A stretch of 64,000 bases of DNA, taken from an uncultured Acidobacteriota bacterium. GTDB taxonomy: Bacteria > Acidobacteriota > Blastocatellia > RBC074. The notes beneath the pieces are model-generated. The model made no database searches. It had not been told where the DNA came from and worked only from the letters and a program-made list of their open reading frames with translations. Where the stretch lies: positions 231,003-295,002 of the forward strand of contig CAWDDA010000015.1 of assembly GCA_963800895.1 (NCBI GenBank), in the 5' to 3' direction. Numbering within the stretch: position 1 is the first letter of the stretch; each line of letters starts with the position of its first letter. Shown here one piece after another: positions 40,008 through 50,905 of the stretch. A program made the position numbers and the translations under genes.

Positions 40008-42972
40008 ATGAAGCGAATGCCGAAAACGGCTGTCCTGCTCTTGTTTATTCTCGCGTTGCCCGTGAGAGCCCAGCAACCCGGAACGGCAACCCTTGGCGGG
40101 CGCGTGATGGATCCGAATGGAGCAGTGATTGCCGGAGCGAAGGTGACTGCGAGAGTAAAGACGATCGACGTGTCGCGTGTAGTGTCGACCAGCGGTGAAG
40201 GTTTCTTTACGATTCCAAATTTGCAGCCGGCGGAATATGAACTAGCCGTTGAAGCAGCGGGTTTCAAGAAGCTGATTGTGACAAGCGTCATACTCGAAGT
40301 GGGTCAAAGTATTAGCCGTGACTTGACGCTGGCGGTCGGGCAGATCAGCGAGCAGGAAGAACTCGTAGCAGGACTGGCGCAGGTGGAAACCACGAACGTC
40401 AGCGGTCGACGGTGTGATTCACGAAAAGTTTATCCAAAGCCTTCCACTGAACGGCAGAAACTTTATCGAGCTGGCACTCCTCATTCCCGGTAATTCGCCG
40501 GCTCCGAATTTCGATCCGACAAAAACGAACAGCGTAATCATATCGTCCGCCGGTCAGCTCGGCCGAGGAGGAAATATCCAGATAGATGGCCTGGATAATA
40601 ACGATGACGCAGTTGGCGGCCCCTTGACCAACATCACTCAGGAAGCGGTACAGGAATTTCAGATCGCGACTAACCGCTATTCTGCAGAAATCGGGCGCTC
40701 GGCATCGTCGGTGATCAACGTCGTTACCAAGTCAGGAACCAACGATGTGCACGGATCGATTTCATTCTTTGAGCGTGACAGGAGCATTCAGGGCCTGCCG
40801 GCTACGTTTGACCGTTCGAGCGGCGAAGTGCCCCCGTTCGACAGGCAGCAGTACGCGGGCTCGATTGGAGGTCCATTCAAAGCGAACCGGGCGTGGTGGT
40901 TTGGAGCGGTCGAGTATCGCAACCAGGACGGCGCCGTTCTTGTCGGGCGCCGCGACGTGCCAAGCCGGACAATCGTACGAACGTTTGCACCTGCTCCACT
41001 TGACGACTTGCTGGCGATTGTTCGCACTGATTTCCGGCCATCAGACCGCGATCATCTGACGGTCCGTTACACATTTGAAGAAGCTGAAGACGTCGGCGCA
41101 AGCACGCTTGAACGCACAATCGGGTCTGCAACGCAGCGCCAGTCCGGGAAGAACGAATATCATACGCTTCTCTCAAACTGGACCCGTACGATAACGCCGG
41201 CCGTGCTCAACAGCTTCAGCTTTGGGGTTAGCAACTACGTCAACAGCACTCGACCAGTGACGCCCGGTCCGCAACTAACCTTTCCATCAATCCAGGACGG
41301 GGCATCGTTCCGTGTTCCGCAGGAGACGCGGCTCAATCGCTTTCAGTTTTCTGACACTTTGACTCTCGTTCGCGGAGAACACACCTTTCGTCTCGGCGGC
41401 GAACTTCAGCGCGTCGACTCTTCTTTCAACCTCGGGGTTTTTCAGCAGGGAAGGATCGAGCTTGTTGAAGATTTTGCCGGCTTTGATCACAACGGCGACG
41501 GAAGAGTCGACGATAACGACCTTCTCTTCGCGGTGACGCTCCGAAGCGCGACTCCGTCACGCTCGCTTCTGCTTCCAGACATCGACAATCATTATGTATC
41601 GTTCTTTTTGCAGGATGACTGGCGAGTGTCGCCGAACCTGACCCTTAATCTTGGAGTGCGTTACGAGCTGGACACTGACGTCAAGAATCTCAGCGGGTAC
41701 GATGAAATCAATCCGCTCGTTCGTCCATTTCTGAAAGGCGATCGCAAGCGTGACACCAATAACATCGCACCGCGAATTGGATTCAACTGGTCAACTCGTG
41801 ACGGACGGACGAGCATCAGGGGCGGCTACGGTATTTATTTTGACCGAGTGACGCTTGAGATTGCGTCGCTCGAGCGAGGTCTCGATGGCCGTTCGCTGGC
41901 AATCCAGGTTCGTGCAGGCAACGTCTTTTTTCTCGATCCGAACACTGGTCAATTTCCGCCATTTGCACCGTCAATCTCGAATCCGTTTACCGGATTCATA
42001 CTGCCAGGGGAAGGCGCTGCGGGAATCGATATCATCGACAACAGTCTGCAGAACCCGATGGTCCAGCAAATGAGCCTCGGGTTTCAGCACGAATTGTCAC
42101 GGAATTTCCTTCTTCGTGCCGATTACGTCCATAATTTCGGAACTGATTTCATCATTGGTCGGACTGTTGGGACTGTTGATAATCCGGTAGTGGGCGGTCC
42201 GGACCGTGTACTCAATCTCGAGCCGAGCGCAAAGACCAAATATGACGGTCTGCTCCTAAGTGTCGAAAGACGATTCAGCACCCGATCACAATTTCGAGCG
42301 TCGTATACTCTTGCAAAGGCATTCAACTATGCCAACGATGATCAGATACCATTCCTGAACGGTCCCGTAGATTCCAACAATCTTGCGCTGGAGTACGGCC
42401 CGGCACCGAATGACCAGCGTCATCGTTTCACGTTTTCGGGAGTCTTTGAGCTTCCGTGGAGCTTCGTAATATCACCTATATACACGTTAGCATCCGGTGT
42501 CCCAATGGACATCAGAATGCCGAATGCCAGCTCACGAATTCCAGTCATCCAGAGGAATGCTGGTGGAAGGATCTTCAAGACAGGCGCTGATCTCAACGAA
42601 TTTATCCGTCAGGTCAATGCCAGTGGCGGAATCAATGGAGTGGCGCTGCCGCTGGTCAGAGACGATGCACGCTTTAACGACACCTTCAACTCATTTGACG
42701 CTCGTCTCTCGCGTCTCTTCAGGGTAGGAGAGCGAGTCACCGTCGAGCCTATTGCCGAAGTCTTCAATCTCTTCAACGTAACCAATGTTCTCGGTACGTC
42801 GAACGTGAACTACTCCGGGTTTGCGAACGTGCTTGCGCGCGACAACAATACGCCCGGCACCGCCGGCTTTCTGCGCTCATCAAGTTTTGGCCAGGCGGTG
42901 ACCACCGCTGGCGGCGTCTTTGGCTCGGGTGGCGCTCGGGCCTTTCAGTTTGCGGTAAGGGTCGCGTTTTGA
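40008..42972 (+). CDS. TonB-dependent receptor with CarboxypepD_reg N-domain, frameshift near 40401-40406
   Basis: Signal peptide, GRVMDPNGAVIAGAKV, plug LPLNGRNFIEL, and a barrel ending FQFAVRVAF. The ORFs 40008..40493 and 40414..42972 join at TTNVS/VDGVIHEKF. Confidence 0.8.
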
Positions 42973-43134
42973 TCTCTGCCGGATCCCGGATCGAGTGCAA
43001 ACCGGTGAGGTTGTGTTAGCCCGACCATTAGGGAAAGCTTGCAACGATGCGTGTTTTCTCGAAGCCCTCCCTTACGGTCGGGCTACTGACACGCTTCGGG
43101 AGGCGTGTTCTGACGAGCCACATTTTTTCAGAGT

Positions 43135-43453
43135 TCAACTTTGTTTTCGTTCCAGGTATTCTACGCGCTCGTTTAACTTGCGCTGGCTGCGGCGCACTTC
43201 TACGAGATCCCGCCATAACTACATCGAACTTGTACTCAAAGGATGCGAACCGATTCTCGACGCGCTCAAACCCATCACGCATCTCTTTCTCAATAAGATC
43301 AAATCGGTTTCGCGTCTCTTCAAATCCGCTACGCATCTCTTTCTCGATTAGATCAAATCGGATACGCGTCTCGTTGTCGATACGATCAAACCCGCTACGC
43401 ATCTCTTCGAGTATCTGTTTCAGCATCGGCTGGGTATCTTCGATTTCAGACAT
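43135..43453 (-). CDS. small coiled-coil repeat protein (R-x-RFDLIEKEMR-x-GFE repeats), frameshift near 43185-43197
   Basis: It contains tandem peptide and DNA repeats. The plausible C-terminus DLVEVRRSQRKLNERVEYLERKQS-TGA is in another frame from ORF 43028..43453. Confidence 0.45.
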
Positions 43454-43518
43454 GTGTTGCCTCTACCCTTGATGAAAGAATTGAACGCAAACTGACCATG
43501 AGTCAAGCCCGTTGATGG

Positions 43519-45097
43519 TCAGATCCAGTACGTCCGGTCGAGCGTGCGGTATTGGAGCGCCTCCGAGAGGTGATGCTCGACGATAGAAGCGGCGCCCTCG
43601 AGGTCGGCGATTGTTCTTGAAAGCTTGAGGATTCGATCGTATGCCCGTGCCGACATTCCCCGCTTTGTAATCGCGTGCTCAAGCATCTTCTGAGGTCCGG
43701 ATGCAAGCGCGCAATGAAGTCTGATATGGCGAGGGGTCATCTGAGCATTCGCAAACGCCTGATCACCGGCAAATCTCTTGAGCTGAACATCTCGCGCCCT
43801 CAGCACGCGGTCGCGAATCTTCTCAGAGCTTTCGGATTCTCGCTGTCCTGACAGTTCCGATACCTTGACTGCCGGAACATCGATGTGGATGTCGATGCGA
43901 TCGAGCAGCGGGCCTGAGATCCTGGAAACATATCTTTGAATCTGTGGAGGCGAACAGTGGCAGGTGCGGTTTGGATCATTGAAGTAGCCGCACGGGCACG
44001 GATTCATTGCCGCTACAAGCATGAACGATGCTGGAAACGTGACAGACATTGCTGCGCGGCTGATTGTGACGCGCCCATCCTCGAGTGGCTGACGCATTAC
44101 TTCGAGCACATGACGCGCGAATTCCGGCAACTCGTCGAGAAAAAGAACTCCATTATGAGCGAGGCTCACTTCACCCGGACGAGGAATCGAACTGCCGCCG
44201 ATGAGGCCTGAGTCAGAGATTGTATGATGCGGCGAGCGGAATGGACGCTCCGAAAGAACTCCCTGCGCCCTGGTGAGCCCTGCCACGCTGTGAATCTTTG
44301 TAGTCTCCAGGGCTTCTTCGAAAGTTATTGGTGGAAGTATCGACGGGATGCGTTTGGCAAGCATCGTCTTTCCCGAACCAGGTGGCCCAACCATCGAGAA
44401 CATTGTGTGCGCCTGCCGTGGCCACTTCGAGAGCTCGTTTGACGTGGAGCTGCCCGCATACTTCCTTGAAATCGGGACGTATGCCGTTCGTTTCCTGCGG
44501 CATCAGACTCAAGGGTGGGGAAAGGGGGCTGTGAGGAGGTTGTGCCTGAAGGATTGAGACAACCTCATCCAGCGAGTTTGCCGCATAGACATCGATCCCG
44601 CGGACAACGGACGCTTCCAGAGCGTTGACCGCCGGAAGGATCAGCCGCTTGACTCCCCGCTTCTTCGCCGCAATCGCAATTGGCAATGCGCCGCGAATGG
44701 GTCTTACGCCACCCGAAAGTGCGAGCTCGCCCACAAGCATGGTTCCAGCAACATCTCCTTCGGATAAGAGTTCGTTAGCTCCGAGGATTCCCGTCGCAAT
44801 TGGCAGGTCGAAGAGGGAACCTTCTTTCTTGACGTCAGCGGGTGCGAGATTGATCGTTGTCCGGCGGGCAGGGAAGTAGAAGCCGCAATTGGAAATTGCA
44901 GCACGGATTCTCTCTCGGCTCTCACGCACAGCAGGATCCGGAAGCCCCACCACGGTCACACACGAGTCGTAGGCAGAGTCTCCAGTGCGCGGCTTGAGGT
45001 CCACTTCGATTTCTACAATTTCGGCATCGATTCCATAAACCGACGCGCTCAGTGTTTTGAAAAGCAAAACCCACCTCCGTGTGAGAAAACTCAACAA
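43519..45097 (-). CDS. comM: YifB/ComM family Mg-chelatase-like AAA+ ATPase, frameshift near 44392-44396
   Basis: The ORF 44213..45097 holds the Lon-like N-domain. The ORF 43519..44403 holds [13 protein letters not shown] and the C-terminal domain. The true start may be the TTG at 45067. Confidence 0.85.
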
Positions 45098-45110
45098 GGA
45101 GGTGGGCTTT
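45066..45110 (-). terminator. GC-rich hairpin followed by a U-tract downstream of the mltD-like gene, overlapping the comM SD/start
   Basis: On the minus strand: AAAGCCCACCTCC, a 19-nt loop, then GGAGGTGGGTTTTGCTTTTC. Confidence 0.4.
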
Positions 45111-45165
45111 AAGGTGGCCTTTGAGGTGGCCTGTTACTGACTGGTTAAAAACTTAGATTGCGATA

Positions 45166-46953
45166 TCAGTTTCCTACAGGAATCTTCAGGACCTGATCCG
45201 GGCGAACGCGAGTCGATGTACTGATTCCGTTTACGGCAGCAATGTCACTCGCGCCAATTCCATACCGGGCCGCAATATCAACGAGTGACTCACCCGATTT
45301 CACGCGGTAAGTCACAATACGCGAACTTGAATTGACCGCAACAGGAGCGGAACCGGAAGCCGGCACTGATGAAGCGGTAGCAGGAAGCATTGATCCTTTT
45401 GGCGCTGTTGCTGCGACAGTCTTGATTGCCGTGGTTGACGGAACGATCACCTTCTGACCCGGTTTCAGGGACCCGCCGTTGAGTGATGTCAGCAGTGACT
45501 CTGAAACTCCCGTTCGTTCGGCAATCGTCTCAAAGGTTTCATCCGCTTGAGCGGTGTGGAGTCTCCACGTGGCTCGCTTGTCTGCAGGTATCAACTTAAG
45601 CGCAGCCTGCAATGGCTTGCCTGTTCCGACAGGTACGCGTATCGCGTGTTCCATTGCCGGCGGAGTTATTCCGCGCTTGAGTTCGGGATTCAGACCGAGA
45701 AGCCTGTCATAGGTGGAGTCTAGAGCGTCTGCCACCAGGCGAAGGTCGACCGATGATGAGACGCGAACCAGATCATATTCCAGCGGAGGCTCCGGTTTGA
45801 CGTTGAAACCATAACGCTGTGGATTCTTGGCGATGATAATCGTTGCAAGAATGTTTGGAACATAGTTTCTGGTTTCGGTCGGGAGCATGCCGCGCGAGTA
45901 GATCTCCCAGAAATCAGCATAGCCGCTGCGGGCTACCGCCGAATCAACCCTGCCGGCGCCCGAGTTGTATGCCGCCATCGCCAGTTCCCAGTTTCCCGCA
46001 TAGCGGTCCGAGAGCGACTTCAGATATCGGGCCGAGGCTCGGGTTGCCTTCTCAAAGCTCGAGCGTTCATCGACCCAGGCATCCTGACGAAGGCCATATT
46101 CGGCGCCAGTGCTCGGAATGAACTGCCACAATCCAACCGCTGCGGCCCAGCTGCGCGCAATCGGAGACCAGGCGCTTTCAACCTGACCCAGCCAGACCAG
46201 GTCCTGGGGAACTCCTTCTTCGCGAAATATGCGCCGCGCCATATCCATGAAACGTCCTGACCTGCGCAGGCCGCTTTCCATGGTCGTTCGTCCGCGTCCC
46301 AGATAGTAATTGATGAAACTTTGAACGAGGGCGTTTGGCTTGAAATCAAAATCGAGTCTGAGTGCGGCGACCGCTGATTCAACGTCAGCCTTGGTCGCAT
46401 CCTTCAGCTCGTCATCGGTAAGCTTCAGTTGGGCCAACTCATCAAGCGGCGATGGCTCGAAGTTCTGCTGTCCGAACCCACGTGCAGTAGGCGAAGCCGG
46501 AGTCTGCTGCTGCACATTGGCATACTGCAGGGTAACAGAACGGTCGCCTGTTGACCGAATCGCGACCTCTTGCTGTCCAGCGCCCTTGAGCGATTTCGCG
46601 ACGCTAATTTGCCGCTGAAAAATATGATCGACAAGGAACTGATAGTGCCGGCTCAGATTCGCATCGAGGCGTACGTCAACGCCAGCTTCAAGGATTGTAT
46701 CGATCGCACGGTCGTAGGCCTTGCGCGCTTCCTTGTAGTTTCCCTCGTTGAAGGCTTTGTCGCCGTCCTGAAGTAAGAGCGTCGATTGATCGATCACCTT
46801 TTGTATGGCGCCACGATCTTGAAGCTCAGTTGGTTGAGAATTGGGGCTTGCGGCTCCTGGGCGGACTTGCGAGAGTCCGGTCAGGGGTAAGTGGATAAGA
46901 AGCCCAGCAAATAAGACGCTTCTAGCGACCACTCCACCTTTGTGTGTCGGCAT
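45166..46953 (-). CDS. lytic transglycosylase (SLT/GH23 domain) with C-terminal LysM domains
   Basis: VESAWSP..GLWQF..AYNSG motifs and two LysM-like segments (VKSGESLVDIAARYG). Confidence 0.8.
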   Translation of the reverse strand: MPTHKGGVVARSVLFAGLLIHLPLTGLSQVRPGAASPNSQPTELQDRGAIQKVIDQSTLLLQDGDKAFNEGNYKEARKAYDRAIDTILEAGVDVRLDANLSRHYQFLVDHIFQRQISVAKSLKGAGQQEVAIRSTGDRSVTLQYANVQQQTPASPTARGFGQQNFEPSPLDELAQLKLTDDELKDATKADVESAVAALRLDFDFKPNALVQSFINYYLGRGRTTMESGLRRSGRFMDMARRIFREEGVPQDLVWLGQVESAWSPIARSWAAAVGLWQFIPSTGAEYGLRQDAWVDERSSFEKATRASARYLKSLSDRYAGNWELAMAAYNSGAGRVDSAVARSGYADFWEIYSRGMLPTETRNYVPNILATIIIAKNPQRYGFNVKPEPPLEYDLVRVSSSVDLRLVADALDSTYDRLLGLNPELKRGITPPAMEHAIRVPVGTGKPLQAALKLIPADKRATWRLHTAQADETFETIAERTGVSESLLTSLNGGSLKPGQKVIVPSTTAIKTVAATAPKGSMLPATASSVPASGSAPVAVNSSSRIVTYRVKSGESLVDIAARYGIGASDIAAVNGISTSTRVRPDQVLKIPVGN

Positions 46954-47241
46954 TCGTCGTCATTCCTCCAGTATCAACAGTAAATTACCTAATCGGCCCG
47001 ATCGTCAATTAGTCGTTACAGTCTCATCAATTGTGGATCGTTTTGAGTTAGGAGGTTGTCTCGTTTACGTCCAGGGCACACCTTTTTATCACTGACAGTG
47101 CAAATTCTAGCCTTTGAGGGCCTTATTGTCAAATCCATATCAAGTCGCCAAGATCCAGGTCGCCAGAGAACTAGTGATTTGCCGGGACGTCAGCAATCTC
47201 ATTGACTCTAATCGCTCCAAGCCCTTATAAGTTCCGCAATA

Positions 47242-48120
47242 ATGCAGATATTGCAGATTAGATTGCTTTTAAGGCTGGCCGCTCTCAGCGTTCTGACAGC
47301 AGGCATCTTTTTTACATCGGTTCTCGCCCAGAAATCGCAATATCCGACCTACGCCGGGCATGTCAATGACTTTGCTGGTGTGCTCGATTCGGCGACCCGC
47401 GAGAAACTCGAGACCATGCTTCTGAATTTTGAGAAGAAGACTGGCGCCCAAATTGCAGTAGTCACTATCAAGACTCTTGAGGAGCGGCCGATCGAGGATT
47501 ATGCAAATGGCCTTTATCGGAGCTGGGGAATTGGTGCAAAGAGTGGTGAGCACAAGGATAAAGGCGCGCTTCTGCTGATTGCCACTGAGGATCGGCGCTC
47601 GCGACTCGAGGTTGGATATGGACTTGAAGGAGATCTCCCTGATGGGCTGGCCGGTGAAATGCTGCGGCGGATGCGGCCATACTTCAAGCAGATGGCGTGG
47701 TCTGAAGGCGTCACTGTGGGTGTCAGGACGCTCGTCGATACCCTGGCGCAAAAATGGAACGTCTCGCTCGAAGGTATCGATCAGCGCTACGCTTATGGCG
47801 GCCCCGCGAAAGAGGACGATGGCGGTTTTCCCGTCGGGCTGCTCATCGGAATTGGGATTCTATTCCTTGTGATTGTCATCATTGCCGGTCGTAACAAAGG
47901 GGGCCCGGGCCCAGGCAATCGCACGCGCAAAGGTTTGGATCCCGGAATATGGTGGGGACCACTAATCCTCAACAGAGGTGGCGGAGGATTTGGCGGCGGC
48001 ACATGGGGAAATAGCGATGGCGGTGGCGGCGGGTGGAGCGGCGGAGGAGGCGGAGGAGGCAGCTGGGGTGGCTTCGGAGGCGGATCAAGCGGTGGTGGCG
48101 GTGCGAGCGACAGCTGGTAG
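47242..48120 (+). CDS. TPM-domain protein (YgcG-like) with TM helix and Gly-rich tail
   Basis: [29 protein letters not shown], followed by a long GGG tail. Confidence 0.8.
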   Translation: MQILQIRLLLRLAALSVLTAGIFFTSVLAQKSQYPTYAGHVNDFAGVLDSATREKLETMLLNFEKKTGAQIAVVTIKTLEERPIEDYANGLYRSWGIGAKSGEHKDKGALLLIATEDRRSRLEVGYGLEGDLPDGLAGEMLRRMRPYFKQMAWSEGVTVGVRTLVDTLAQKWNVSLEGIDQRYAYGGPAKEDDGGFPVGLLIGIGILFLVIVIIAGRNKGGPGPGNRTRKGLDPGIWWGPLILNRGGGGFGGGTWGNSDGGGGGWSGGGGGGGSWGGFGGGSSGGGGASDSW

Positions 48121-48150
48121 ACTTCGATCCAATTCCCTGGAGAAACCTTG

Positions 48151-48858
48151 ATGAAACAAACGGTCGATGAACTTGTGCGGCGACTGGTCGAAGCTCACGG
48201 CGACGATCTGCTCTCGGTAATAATGTATGGCGCTGTCGTCCGAAGCGATGCAACGCCAAAAGCCTCTGATGTTCAGCTGCTCGTTGTTACGCGTTCGCTT
48301 CCCGCGGCACAGCTTGCGCGATCAGCGCCTGTGATGCGCTGGTGGATGAACGGAGGATTTCCGCGAGCTGGATATTTCACACGTTCTGAGCTTCGAAACG
48401 CTCTCGATGTTTTCCCGATCGACTTCATGCAGATACAAAGCGGCTATCGCGTGTTGTACGGTGAAGACCTTCTGAAAGGCGTTGAGATCTCGCACGCGCA
48501 CGTAAGATTGCTGACCGAATACGAATTGCGCGGAAAGCTCGTCCGGCTTCGCGCGCTCTATCTGACCTCGAGCGGCGATTCGCGACGAACCCTGCAGTTA
48601 ATGACTGACAGCGTTGTCAGTTTTATTCAGTTCATGCGGCCGATACTCGACTTGATCGGTGATGAACCTTACAGAGGCCGACTCGAAACGATTCGTCGAG
48701 TTGGAGACCGGTTAAAGGTCGATACTTCGGCGCTCGAACGCGTTCTTCGTCTCAGGAATGAGCACGTCGACCTTATGGATGTGGAAGTCGATGACCTGTT
48801 TGCGAGCTACATCGATTCCATCGAAAAGATCATTGACGCCGTTGACGCCATCAAGTGA
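48151..48858 (+). CDS. hypothetical protein, degenerate nucleotidyltransferase-like N-terminus
   Basis: MYGAVVRSD..SDVQLLVV weakly resembles the Pol-beta NTase motif. Confidence 0.35.
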   Translation: MKQTVDELVRRLVEAHGDDLLSVIMYGAVVRSDATPKASDVQLLVVTRSLPAAQLARSAPVMRWWMNGGFPRAGYFTRSELRNALDVFPIDFMQIQSGYRVLYGEDLLKGVEISHAHVRLLTEYELRGKLVRLRALYLTSSGDSRRTLQLMTDSVVSFIQFMRPILDLIGDEPYRGRLETIRRVGDRLKVDTSALERVLRLRNEHVDLMDVEVDDLFASYIDSIEKIIDAVDAIK

Positions 48859-48906
48859 TTCGCTTCAGAGAATTGTTCCGGCTGAATTTCTGGAATGGAG
48901 GATTGA

Positions 48907-49530
48907 ATGGGCAAAATAGCATTGATCATTGTTGGGATAATCGTGGTCGTCGCACTGGCCATCGGAGGCTGGGCTGTTGGCAACTACAACACGCTTGTCT
49001 CGAAACGCAATGAAGTCGATAAGCAGTGGTCGCAGGTCGAGAACAACCTCAAGCGGCGTGCTGACCTGATCGGAAACCTTGTCGGTACAGTCAAGGGGAT
49101 TGCGGGTCAGGAGGTCGAAGTATTCGGTCGGATTGCAGACGCAAGAGCACGCCTGTTGTCGGCTGGGACTCCTGAAGAGAAGATCGCAGCCGACGAACAG
49201 CTGTCCAAGCTAACACGTGAAAGTGGACTGCTTCCGGGGAGTGGAGGCGGTATCCTCGGACCCGGCGGCAGGTTTCTTTCCCTCACCGAGGCGTATCCTC
49301 AGCTGAGATCGAGCGAGAACTTCATGAAGCTTCAGGATGAGCTCGCCGGCACAGAGAATCGACTAGCGATCTCGCGCAAGGACTACAACGAAGCGGCGAC
49401 CGATTACAATACAACTCGCCAGAAATTCCCGACAGTCCTGATCGCCGGCATGCTGGGCTTTGGGGATAAACCTCTCTTCAAGGCTGAAGAGGCGGAACGA
49501 CAAACACCAAAGGTCGATTTTAGTAAGTAA
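48907..49530 (+). CDS. lemA: LemA family protein
   Basis: N-terminal TM helix, [17 protein letters not shown] and [10 protein letters not shown] motifs. Confidence 0.9.
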   Translation: MGKIALIIVGIIVVVALAIGGWAVGNYNTLVSKRNEVDKQWSQVENNLKRRADLIGNLVGTVKGIAGQEVEVFGRIADARARLLSAGTPEEKIAADEQLSKLTRESGLLPGSGGGILGPGGRFLSLTEAYPQLRSSENFMKLQDELAGTENRLAISRKDYNEAATDYNTTRQKFPTVLIAGMLGFGDKPLFKAEEAERQTPKVDFSK

Positions 49531-49541
49531 CGAAAGAAAGA

Positions 49542-49663
49542 AGGTGCTGAGTGCTGAGTGGTGCTGAGTATGGAGTTCAAGCTTCAGCTTGCTCTTCGAA
49601 TTCGATCGTGCCGAGAGCAAGCTAAAGCTTGAACTCCAAACTCAGCACCCAGCACTCAGCACT
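49542..49663. repeat. nested-palindrome repeat, family A copy 5 (GTGCTGAGT-type outer arms)
   Basis: AGGTGCTGAGTGCTGAGTGGTGCTGAGTATGGAGTTCAAGCTTCAGCTTGCTCT pairs with its imperfect reverse complement. Confidence 0.95.
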
Positions 49664-49672
49664 TCTTCCTCT

Positions 49673-50896
49673 CTACCACACCCACGCGAGTCGCTTGCGG
49701 TATTCTTCAAGCATTGCGCGATTGAGCTTGAGGATCCCTTCTCGATTTACTCCTTGCGGGGGGGCGTAGAGCCCAGCCATCTTGTCATAGATGCGCGCCC
49801 GATCCTCTACTTTTACTCTGTGAAGCAGATGCCAGAGCGTGAGCGTATCGCGCCGGTCAGCTTCGATCAAAAGTACATCAAGGGCGGCAGAGCTGCCCTT
49901 CATTACCTGGGTGAGGGCCTGTTTAAATTTTGCCGAGGCTGTCTCGAAGTAAGGGACGCCCGGACCGCCTTTACTCATCTCACAAACCGCGCCAGCAGGC
50001 ACGATCGCATCGTGACCCTGATCCTCGAGGAGCACATATCCGCTTGTTACCCGCAGCAGACCCGCACCAGATTCGTCCACCTCAAGAATGTATTCGCACC
50101 CCAGATCGACAGCCGTAGCTGAAGGCGTTTCGATCACGAAGATACGGGGCGGTGCTACGACCTGCGCCTGAATCCGGCCCCGCGCAAGCTTTAAGCGGTG
50201 CTCGGTCGCCTTCGTGTTGAGCAGGCTAATGCGTGAATTCGGCTCGACCTCAACTCGACCGATATCGGCAATAGTGATCTGCGCGCGAGATGATCGATCC
50301 GTTTCAAGCCACTCACCGACTCCAAGCCTTCCTTTTCCCTCAACCCTGGTGGCAGCTACCAGAGGCGCGCCATCGAGTGACACGACTTCGAATGATGGCC
50401 GGTTCGGATCAGCGGGTGGTGTAGGACTGGGGCCGCTCGGAGTAGGGCTAATCGTTGGGGGCACGGCTGTAGGTGTGACTACCGGAGGTTCCGCGGTCGG
50501 AGCCGGTGTTTCGTTTCGCGCGATCTCAGGGGGAAGTTCCGCTCCTGATCGCGAAAGACTGAAGTACCACGCAAGTCCGATTGTAAGAAGCATCAACGCA
50601 GCAATTGCGAGCCCCAACTGAAATCTTCTCTGAGCGAAAAGACCCTGAGCGAGCCCTCGCTGCCCGCCTCGAAATCGATCGCCGTGGAGTTCGGATTCGA
50701 CTCGCTCCCAAAGACCGTCGGGGGCGGCGAGAGGCTGCATCACTGATGCCAGTTGAACGCCCAGCCGGATTTCGTCGTAGTCGGCACGACACTTCTGACA
50801 CGCAACCAGATGCTCTGCGACAACGCGTGCTTCTTCCGGCGTCATCTCGCCGCGACAGTATTCCGAGAGCCGTTGATGTATATGCTTGTCCGCCAT
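49673..50896 (-). CDS. anti-sigma factor (zf-HC2) with TM helix and FecR-like domain
   Basis: HLVACQKCRADY zinc-finger motif, one TM helix, and location downstream of the ECF sigma gene. Confidence 0.7.
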   Translation of the reverse strand: MADKHIHQRLSEYCRGEMTPEEARVVAEHLVACQKCRADYDEIRLGVQLASVMQPLAAPDGLWERVESELHGDRFRGGQRGLAQGLFAQRRFQLGLAIAALMLLTIGLAWYFSLSRSGAELPPEIARNETPAPTAEPPVVTPTAVPPTISPTPSGPSPTPPADPNRPSFEVVSLDGAPLVAATRVEGKGRLGVGEWLETDRSSRAQITIADIGRVEVEPNSRISLLNTKATEHRLKLARGRIQAQVVAPPRIFVIETPSATAVDLGCEYILEVDESGAGLLRVTSGYVLLEDQGHDAIVPAGAVCEMSKGGPGVPYFETASAKFKQALTQVMKGSSAALDVLLIEADRRDTLTLWHLLHRVKVEDRARIYDKMAGLYAPPQGVNREGILKLNRAMLEEYRKRLAWVW

Positions 50897-50905
50897 TCGT
50901 TTCAG

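Noticed and set aside
47940-48120. Gly-rich low-complexity stretch (GGGGW/GGGS) as a separate repeat feature
   Set aside because: It is the in-frame C-terminal tail of the TPM-domain protein, a common feature of this family.
49589-50122. ORFs initiated inside the repeats (49589..50122, 32594..32893, 29494..29697, 32587..32784, 49363..49620)
   Set aside because: Their starts and most of their sequence (..SKLKLEL..) are translations of repeat arms, or they are antisense to real genes.
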